Part shown: piece after piece, positions 14,601 through 25,700 of the stretch | Position numbering within the stretch: the stretch's first letter is position 1 | Layout of the letters: each line of letters starts with the position of its first letter | Source of the DNA: Chrysomallon squamiferum | Lineage: Eukaryota; Animalia; Mollusca | DNA: 64,000 nt | Assembly: GCA_012295275.1 (NCBI GenBank) | Contig: CM022665.1 | Coordinates: 46,934,001-46,998,000 of the forward strand | Direction: 5' to 3' | Made by a program: the position numbers and the translations under genes | The notes under the pieces: generated by a model | What the model saw: the letters and a program-made list of their open reading frames with translations, nothing else | Database searches by the model: none | Told to the model about the DNA's origin: nothing

Positions 14601-16290
14601 ATCTGAAGGAATTGTTGATTACTACAGAGTAACTTTGACCGGTGACTCTGACTTCTACACACAGACTAAAAATGTGAGATCATCTGGAGAAAACCTTCAA
14701 GTTGTGTTCTTCAGTAACGTAACTGCTGGAAATTATTACACTTTACGTATCATCTCAGTCAGCTCTAGAGTTTACAGTCAAACTTACACATACAGAAGAA
14801 TCCGAGGTTTAGTAAAACGTAAATATAATGATATTTTTTAATTTAACTTTGTTTAGAATAAACTGAGTATTAGGTTGTAAAAATGCAGCTCTATTAAAAA
14901 TATTCTTTTAGATTTATTTTGTTTTGGTTTCTTTTTGCAAACTTATCTTAGTTCATCTATTTTAGTAATTAAATCTGGTTTAAATGGAATCTTAGGTTGA
15001 ATAAAGGTGGCTCCATTAAAAACATTTCTTTTAAAAAAGTATAATTACTGAATTTAGCATAGATGTTAAAACCAGATGAAACAATAAATGAATAAAAGTA
15101 ATTCACATGAAAGAAAATAATTATTGTTTTTAGCTTATTTAGTTTTTTTTATCCTTGTAAATCAAGCACAGATTTGATATATATATATGTTGATGGTTTA
15201 AATGTTCTACTTATAAGTTTTAAAGTTAAACTAGTAAAATATTTTAAATATTAATAGATATCTTGGAATTTAATAGAAGCAATGAATAAATTAAACATTT
15301 AATTATATAAAAGTATATTCAGAATATTTTCAATGCAAATTTTGACTGACTAAAAGAATATGATTGGGGAGGAAAAAATAAAGAACATGAAATTATATAA
15401 GAATTCAAAACATAAATATTTCAGTATGTCCAAGTTTAATGTGGTATTTTTGCAATGAAGTAAAAATATGAAAAGTGACATACTACGGAACACGTACTGT
15501 TTTTATTATTTTGCAATAATATTTACAGGTTGTTTTTGATAAAAATAAAATAATAAAATAAAAAAAAAAAAATAAAAAAATAAATAAATAATAAAATAAA
15601 ATAAAATAAATAATAAAATAAAATAAAATAAATAATAAAATAAAATAAAATAAAATAAACTTGGATATCAAGTGCTATCTACCTTTCAAGCACTGATTTA
15701 AATACGTATGATTTCTGCTGGTTATTCCATCACTGCATAATATGTTTATATTTATTTTTATATTTGCAGCTCCTGGTAAAGTGAAAAGTCTCAGTATATC
15801 AGACATCACCTACAATTCAATGTTTGTGTCTTGGAATCGTCCTGACAATCCCAATGGTGTTATATTTGCTTACATTTTAACTCTTCAACAAATTTCAAAC
15901 CAGACTTCTCAAAAGAAAGTTGTCTTTTACTGTAGTGACTGCACCAACATGAGTAATGTAAGATAATTTCATTTATTATTAAATTTTCTTTTAAAACTTT
16001 TTGTCAAATTGTAATGACAATATCAAATTTAAAATAGTTTCAGAAATAACTAGGGTTACTGGCATTTTAAATGAAAGTCTTGAATTTGAACAGAAAAAAA
16101 ACAACATAAACCTTTAGATGAAGAGAAGAACCCCAACCCACTAAACAAGAAGTGAACTCTGAAACTGTTTAAAAATTATATTTCAAATGAAGAAACTATA
16201 AACAAAAGCTTATGTAATTTAATATTTACTAATATAAATATAACATAGGAAAACAGAATACAACAATACAAAGAAAAAAAAAAGCCAAGA

Positions 16291-16323
<33 letters not shown>

Positions 16324-19300
16324 CAACAACATCTGTCCATGAAACAAATAAAATTAATGGTTTCTTTCCTATTCTAAGTACTGTTTTGGTGAAAATCTAT
16401 CATTACTTCACATGTGTTTATCAGGCTACAAATCACGTTTTTAATTTCTTCAGCATCTTCTCTTAAATTTATTAAAAGAAGGCTAATTTAAACAGTACAT
16501 ATAATATTTACTAAATTGCTTGTTTTGAAATACAGTAACTGATTACAGATTACATAAATATTTTTAAATGAAAATAGTTTTTTATTACATTTTTTTAAAT
16601 TTATTTATTTTAACATTTATGAATATAGGTTGACAGTGACATGCATTGTGAAGGTGTTACACCAGTCAAAGTGAATATTAACAGCAGTTTACTGAATGAT
16701 GCTGGAAAAGAATTCAGCTACAACCTGACACATCTTTTACCTTTCACCTACTACACAGTCAGTGTGTTTACTTACAATGAATTAGATTATGGACCAGCAT
16801 CAAAGATGTACCAAATGACAGAAACCAAATGTATGGATTATTAGATATATTTTAGTTAAATATTTGACAGGCAATAAAAATAAAAAAATTAAAAAATAAC
16901 AATAATTGTAGTAAATAAACAAACCAATTAACAAACTAAAATAAATAAATAAATCAATATCTACATTTTGAAAAAATGAAATCCATAGTTATGTTTTATT
17001 ATTATTATTTTTTTAAAGTGTCTCTCTTGCTTAATTGTGGTGTTTATATTTTATAATCAGTATATAATCTCTCCAATTTCTATGTTTTACACTTAAGGTA
17101 AACATGAACATTGTGTAATTCAGTTTTAAAACTTTTCTGATTTGTTTTTGTTATTTTAGCTGCAGCACCACCAGGCATCTTTAGAGTGAGTGAAATAACA
17201 AGTTCTTCAATAACAGTGACTTGGTCACCAGAGTCTCCAAAACCAGGAACAACTGACTACAATTTGATTGTTTATGAGAAAGCAGAAAATGGAAAATCAG
17301 ATAAAATAATAAAGAATGAAATTATCAAAGGTTTATATCTGTTTCCATAAACCACACACACACACAGATAAAATTGTATGTTAATCAGGACTATACTGTA
17401 TAACATTTGTTGAAATACCTCTAAAAATATTAGTCCAATTATTTAAACTGAATTTAAAATATTTTAACAAATAAAATATCTTTATAATAATAATAATAAG
17501 AAGAAGAAGAACAAGAAGAAGAAGGAAAAAAAGAAAAATAAGTATGACAGGAAGCAGGAAGAGGAAAAGAAGGAGAAGGAGATCAAGATATTACTGCTGT
17601 TATTAAATAAAGTATTTACTAATTGAATGTATATTAACAACTACAGAAACTGTTGGTAATTTCAGGGTGGAGCTCAAACCAATACATTGCTCAACATCTC
17701 TCTAGTTATTGGGATTATATGTTTCAACTCACAGCAAACACATCAGCAGGAAAATCACAACCTGTGTGGATAGATTACATAAAAACAAAACAATCAGGTA
17801 AAGTTTAATTGACTGTAGTTATAATATATATATATATATATACAGGCAAACCAATTTTACAAGTAACTTATATAGCACACCATAAATCAATCTAATTTAT
17901 ATTTTTTAATTTAAAAAAAAAAAGAAAAAAAAAAGGGGAAATCCAAAGTCTTAAAAATATATATAAATAAATAAAAAATAAAATAAAAACAATAAAAAAG
18001 ATTCATTGAATAATATTAAAATATCAAAAAAATTAAATAAATAAAATAAATCTTTGTAAAATAATTTTATTGTATCAGCGAAGATATAAAATGTATTTGT
18101 ACTTATTATTATTATTTTTCTTAAAACTGTGGGATATCTTGGATTTTATTTGTGCTTTGTAAGTGATAACAATGATTATTTTGCTATAATTTAAAAATAA
18201 AAAATATTTCACAGCACCAACACCACCTGTAAACTTTGAAGTACGTCACATTGACAACAACTACACTGATGTGATGGTTACTTATGACTGTCCTAAACAA
18301 AAAGATGGTAGAAATGGAATTATAACAAGTTCATTTTTAGTCTACAACACAACCATGGTATGTAGAGAAACATTTAGTTTTTATTATTTGGACACCATCT
18401 CGTTTTAAAATGTTTTCTTCTGGAATAAGTTTATTTTATGTTTCTATGTTAATGTGCAGATTATATGTTTTGTTTCAATTCATACTGTGTATACATTAGC
18501 CAGATTAGCAACTGTTCATTCATTGTTCCTAAAATAATTAAATCCATTATTAATACTAACTGTAAATAAAAAAAATGCATTTATTTTGCAGAAAAATAAA
18601 GATATTATTACAAACAGTATTTCAATTGAAAACACAAACAACTGTCACTTCTCAATCATTGTACCTGTAACAGCAGAAATCAAATATAATTTCTATGTGA
18701 GTATTTACTGTTACTGATTTTAAATAATTTACAATAATAAATTACTTAACAGCAGGTTAATAAAGATTTTTAATATATTTGTTCAGCATTTGTTTTACCT
18801 TTCAAATCTTTCTTTATAGAGAATAGTTATACTTCTGGATTTATTTCATATTTGTAGAAATTAAATTTGCTTCAGTCGTGATTTTCATTTCTTGTATTCA
18901 TCAGTTTCTTCTAATTATCAGTGCAATTTAAATAATTTTTTTTTTTATTATTATTATTTAAATCTGATTCAATCCTGATTTGTTCTTTCTTATGTTCATC
19001 AATTTTCAATAAAGAATTTTTTTTTTTTCATGTTTAATCTTTAATCATTATTAATGTTTAGTATGGACTTCCATGTTTACTGATTACCTCTGGAATTTGA
19101 ATTTTAGACAACTTGTTTATTTCTGTGTGTATAGGTTCATCTGAAGACAATTTATGATGGTGAAACAGCAATCACATCTTTTGACACCCCACCTGGACGT
19201 ATGTTTCAAATATTTTTCATTAAATACTTACTTATTTATTTGAGATTCATAGGAGGTTCTCTTATTAAAAACAAAAATAAATTTGAAAAAGAAATATTTC

Positions 19301-20124
19301 TATTTTGTTGAATATGAAACTAAATGATATAATTGCATTTATTCATTTTCACTGCATTCCTCTCCTAATCTGTAAGGGAAAAAAAATAAATAAAAAAAAA
19401 ATATATCTATAATAAACAAATAAATAAAAAAATAAATAAATGAATATATAAATAAAACAATCTTTAAAACAAATCTGTATTTTTCAAAGTAGTTTTGTTT
19501 TTCATTCCTGATTGTTGTATGTATGTAATCAATTGTTTTTGCAGCACCAATTCTAGTTATTGAATCTACAATTATGAAGCCTATGAAAACCTCCCCATCT
19601 GAAAATGGTTTTGTCATGGAAATCTGCCCTAAATGTCTTTATCAGCCAACTACAGGGAAAGTTTTACTAGCTGGTATTATTGTCAGCAAACATGTCACAG
19701 GTATAAAAGATAAACCTAAATACTTTTCTCTTGAATTGGTAAACACTATTATGGTTTTATCCAAGTATTTAGGACACCAACATTTCATAATCCTCCATTC
19801 AAAGTAAAAAAAAAAAAATAAATAAAAAAGGATTTATTGGAAGGAGAATGCACATGACATCTTATTTTTGAAAATGAAATAAAATAAAGATTATTTATTT
19901 TGTAATAGAGACTGTTTTCTTTCAACAGCCAGTCGACGTAAAAGACAACTTATTTATAAACAACACTATGATAATTATACAAACTGGTTCACAGCCAAAC
20001 AGAAAAACTTCAAAATTCCTTACAGAGCAACAAATGACAGCTGGATTGACACAGGTAAATACAACGACAACAACAACAACAACAAAAAAAAAAAAAAATA
20101 ATAATAATAAAAAAAAAAAAAAAA

Positions 20125-20167
<43 letters not shown>

Positions 20168-23100
20168 TAAAAATAGAATAAATTAAAATGACCTGCTGTT
20201 ATTCAGGTTTCAGCATAGCTCATACTTTGATCACAGAATAAAAATTATTTTCCATCAGTCTTGTGAAACAGCTTTATCATTTTAAAAATGTGAATGAAAG
20301 TGTTAAATGTTCTGGTTGAAGTACAGCATAGATGCATGTTTGACTCGGTACATCAAATATATGTGTGTATGTAAATGAATATTTTGTGTGCCTTTTAAAA
20401 TAACCTCATTCAGTATGGGACTTTGGTCAAATATTAGCCTTAAAAAAGAAAGAAAAATAAAGTTATATTGATTTATAGTACAGAACCTGTAAGTTGATAG
20501 TATTTAATAATAAATAAATAAATAAATAAATAAATATATAAATAAATAAATTAAAAATTAAACAAATTGTAAAGTTTTTCTTAAATGATATTTTTATTTG
20601 TAGATTTAGATAAATGCAAGTATCGAATAGGAGACATGGACTGTAATCAGAGACATGATTTTTGTAATGGGCCACTACCAGATGGGCCAAAATATTTGTA
20701 AGTTTAACTTTTAAGTTGTTCAGGAATATATCTTCATGTATTTTTTATGCAGAAACTAAAACAGAGAAATGAAAAACAGACAATATAGGCATAGCAACCA
20801 ATAGAGAAACTTATACAATGAACTCATAAATGAAAAATTATTAAACTCCTCTGAGACATGATGTGGTTACTGGATTGTTTCTTGACAAGCTAAAATGTAA
20901 AACATCTCTTGCTTCTAATAATTATATATGTTTTTATTTCTATGAGAAGGCTCATTTAAAAAGTTTCTTGATGCTAGCAACACATGTATTTACAACAGCC
21001 CATTTTTCCTAGTACTGACATCTACAAGAAAACATTCACAAACCATACCTGACTTCCAGTGTACTGATTTGTTGTACTCTTAATTCATTACAAGTACTTC
21101 TGCTGGAATAATTTAGCTGAAAATAATTTTAAGTTCCCTAGTTGCCTTTGGAAGTAGGATGATTTGAACTCCATCAGTATAATCAATAGCATAGACTAAA
21201 CAAATTCTATTTTTACAGAGTTGAAATCTTTGCCTGTACTAAAGGTGGATGCACCCAAATAAGAGGTCATTCTTATGAAACCAAGCAGAGTAAGTTTAAA
21301 AAAGAAAAAGTTGTTGATAGTTTTCTTCTAATTAAATTTATAAGGAATTAAATCTTAAAAACAACTGCTGCCTCTTTCTAGCTAAAGAGACAATGAATTT
21401 TTGAAATTTTTTATTTTTAGTTAGGGACAATAACAAACAAACATGTAACTACTACATGTAATCATTTTTAGAAATGAAAATAAGTGAAATTGAAATAAAA
21501 ATGTAAAGTATTTTCTACTAATGTTAATGTTTTTTTTTAATCTGTCTCTTTTAGTTACATTGACTCAGAATGAGTTCTCAGACACAAACCTTTACACTTG
21601 CTATGGTAAATAGCAATGATCACGTTCACTACAGTGATTTATATTTTGATTTACAGAGGAAAACAGCAAAGCTGGACTGTTTACTGGCCTGATTATAGCT
21701 ATTGTTGTTATTACTGTTCTGGTCATTGTCATCATCATACTCATCAAAAACCGCAAAAGGTTGATTACAGTTTGTTTAAATATTTGTTACTGAAATTAGG
21801 GTTCCATCATGGCATATTCATCAGTGTTTTTAAATGCATGTTTCAAATGAAGAATTCAGTGTATTTTATAAAAATGAATATATTAACTTTGGAATTCTAG
21901 TACAACTGTCTAATATTTTTAGTGGATAAACATAAATATTTTAAAGTAAATAAATGAATAAATAAATGCAAAAAGACAACTAAATATTAAGTATAAAATT
22001 ATTCCCGACTTAATTTCTGTTTGTCGATGAAATCATTTTTTTTTTAATTCTTTCAAAACTAAATACTACTTCATAGAGACACATGTCAACAAAAAAAAAA
22101 AAAAATTAAATAATAATAATAATAATAATAAAATATATAAATAAAAAAAATAAAATAAAATAAAATTAAAAAGATTATTCACCAATTTATAAAATATGAT
22201 ATAAATTAGCATTTGTTTAACTTATTATATGTAAGACCAGAATTTGATGAAAATGAATATTTATATATTTATATTCTTTATGCTGCTTTTTGATTTTAAC
22301 TGAATTATTTCAATGTGTTAGTCTGTCATATTTAAATTGTTTTAAAATTTTGTGTTTCAGTAATAATTATGCTAAGCAGAACAATACATCTAAAGTGGAC
22401 GAACTTTCACAAATAAACAAAAAAAGGTATTTCATGACATTATCCAAAACTTCTGACTAGTACTAAATAATAATTCAGTTTTTGCACAACCACTAAATAA
22501 ATATATAGAAAAAAATGCACTGGAAATAAATGTATTTATATTTTCTAATTCTGGAACAAAAAAAAAATAATAATAATAATAATAGTAATAATAATAATAA
22601 TAATTCCAGAATATTAAATGGGAATAAAACTTACTTATTATGTCTTACCATTTCTATTATATTTGCCATTGAAATTTCACTATTGAAATATTGATTTGCC
22701 GCTATCCTAAATAATTACCTGATTTGTTCAGATGTTATTTTAAGTATCATTAACAAAATGATTAAGATTAAATATAAAATAATTTAAAGAATAATTTATC
22801 TTTTTCTACAATGAATAATATACAGATGCATTAATTACTGACTACTTTTAAACTGCATATCATTTCCATAATCAGTTACTTATTATCTTTAAAAACTATT
22901 TATTTTTTAACACAGACCTATCACAATGGTTGGATTCAAAGAGCATCTTGAAACATTACACAGAGACTCCAATCTTCTGTTTACCCGAGAGTATGAGGTA
23001 AGTCTTAGTTTATAAACTGTTTACACACATTTTACATTCTGCATTATTTGCAGTGTTACATATAAAGCATTTTACAATGTTTACGTTTCTGCTTTTGTTT

Positions 23101-25661
23101 TATGATTACTTTTGTCACATTCTTGATGCAAAAGATATAAAAATGTGAAATAGGTCAAATAATATGTTGATTTGCAGATGCTAAAATTGGCTTAAACATT
23201 CCTAGGAAGTGTTTACAAGGAAATGAATCAACAATACAAATTCTGAATCTAGGAGTAAAAAGTGTATGAAATACAAGTTTAAAATCATGTCTAAACTCAG
23301 GTGATGTATCAACAATATTGATGGTTCTTAATTAATATTTACATTTTTTCTGGTTTCAATTTATTATTATTTTTGTTAAAAATGTCTCTTTTTGATTTAC
23401 ACAGGACCTGACAACTTTATCTCCTAATCATCCAAAATTACATTCAGCAATGGATGGGAACAGAATGAAAAACAGATACACCAACATTCTACCATGTATG
23501 TAGACTTAGTGAGAGTAATTCTGAAAATAAGTTCAACGTTTTTACTTTCCTTATAATCATCAGAAAGAGATAAATTTATGCATGCCAATACAGTGAGGTA
23601 ACTTATGTTAATGTATTAATAAGCTGTCTCAAAGTTCTTGAAATCTGAACAGTGCATCATGATGTATACAGGAAGTAAAAATAAAATAACTAACCAAACT
23701 GCAGCAGATAGAGTAATTACTTGTTGCTGTTGTAGACTTTTATTAAATAGTAATTGTTTTGTGTTACTACATAAATGAATGCAGTGAGTGTATTTAAAAA
23801 AAAAAAGTTAGAAGTCCATTTTATCCATTTTATCCATTATAATGTTTGTATTTCAGTTGACCACAGCCGAGTAAAACTCCTGCCACTGAATGAAGATGCA
23901 GAGAGAGGATATGATATCACAGACTACATAAATGCTAACTACATCCCTGTAAGTTGTCTTTTTAATAAATTGATCAGTTAGTTACAAAATCTTTATATTA
24001 ATTTATTTCCACATTATTTTAAATGAATGAAGTTCTTAAATCATTAAATATAAGAAAAAAGTTCTGCTTGGTACAAATTCGTAAGGAGTAAACACACACT
24101 TTAATTGTTTAATTATATGTAGTAGCTGTGCACAGACTTTTAGTGTACGTTTGGGATCCTTGTACAGATCTACAAGCAGCATTACATTAAAAAAAAAAAA
24201 AATTCAGCCTTTTTATTGTGTTGTCAAACTATTGGCAAAAACTGTTGTTATACTGCAGCTCAAGGTAGATTATTAATTTTTTTCAGGGCTACAAAGGACC
24301 TTGTGAATACATTGCTACTCAGGGACCCATGGCAGGCACAATTGCTGATTTCTGGAGAATGATGTGGGAACAGCACTCCACCCTTATTGTGATGTTGTCA
24401 GACCTCCAGGAGAAAGGAAGAGTATGGATAGAAATAAAATATATATATATATATATATATATATTAAGAGTATATTACTGAGATGTTACACATTTTACTA
24501 ATTTTAGTATCAAATAAACATGATTATTACTGATACTTTTTCTCAAATCTTATAACATCACCATACCCATAGAGATACAAATTATTATAGCAAATAATTA
24601 AATTTCACATATATACTAATGTTTCACATTTATGTTTTTACTGAGGAACCTGATTGGGACAAGCTTAATGATCATTTATTATTTTACATATTTATTTATT
24701 TCATTAACTGGACAGATTTTAGAATTAAAGTAACTGAACTAGACAGTAGTAAGATTTCTTCATCTTTCTCTTTTGTTAATACTGACAAATAATTTGTTTT
24801 AGCACTAAAAACAATCATATAAAATTGTTGTTATATTGCAGCTCAAGGTAGATAAATACTGGCCTGGCAACCTACATGAACCTGTAAAATATGGCGAGAT
24901 CACTGTTGAACTGACTAGTGATTCTGTACTGAACAAGTTCACTATCCGAATATTCAAGATATCACTGGTAATAATTTAAACACTCAATTTTTCTGTATCT
25001 CACTCTGTTTCTACATTGTCCTTCAAATTATTATTAATATTATTATTTATCTTTGCAAGAAATAACAGAATTAATTAATGAATGTTATAAATTAATTATA
25101 CTAATTATACTTACAAAGACAAAAGCTTATAAACTGAAGGAATTAATTTTGGCTCTGTAACTGTTAGAAGATGAAATAAAATAATCTATTAATTTTTGGG
25201 GGTACTATTTTCTATCCTAAAAATGTTTGTTTTTTTGTTTGTTTTTGTTAATTTTTAAATTTAATTAATTTTGAGTGTTCCCAAGTCACAAAGACTTCAC
25301 AACTGATAAGTATTTTAAAAACCTTCCACAGAATATCAACAAAAAAAAAAAATAATAAAATTATTATTATTATTTATCTTTGCATGAAACAACACAAACA
25401 AATAGTGAATCTTATTATAAATTAATTTTGATAATTATGTTTATAAAGAGAATAAAATAAACTGAAGGAATTAATATTGGCTCTGTAACAGAACATGAAA
25501 TAATAGAAAAAATCTATTAAATACTTATTGGACTTTTTTCTATCCTAAAAATGGTTTTTGAATTTAATTAATTTGTGAGTATTCCCATGTCAAAAGACTT
25601 CATCATTGGTCAATATTTATAAAAAATACAATCAACAGATTTTCAAAAAGAAATATATAAA

Positions 25662-25700
<39 letters not shown>

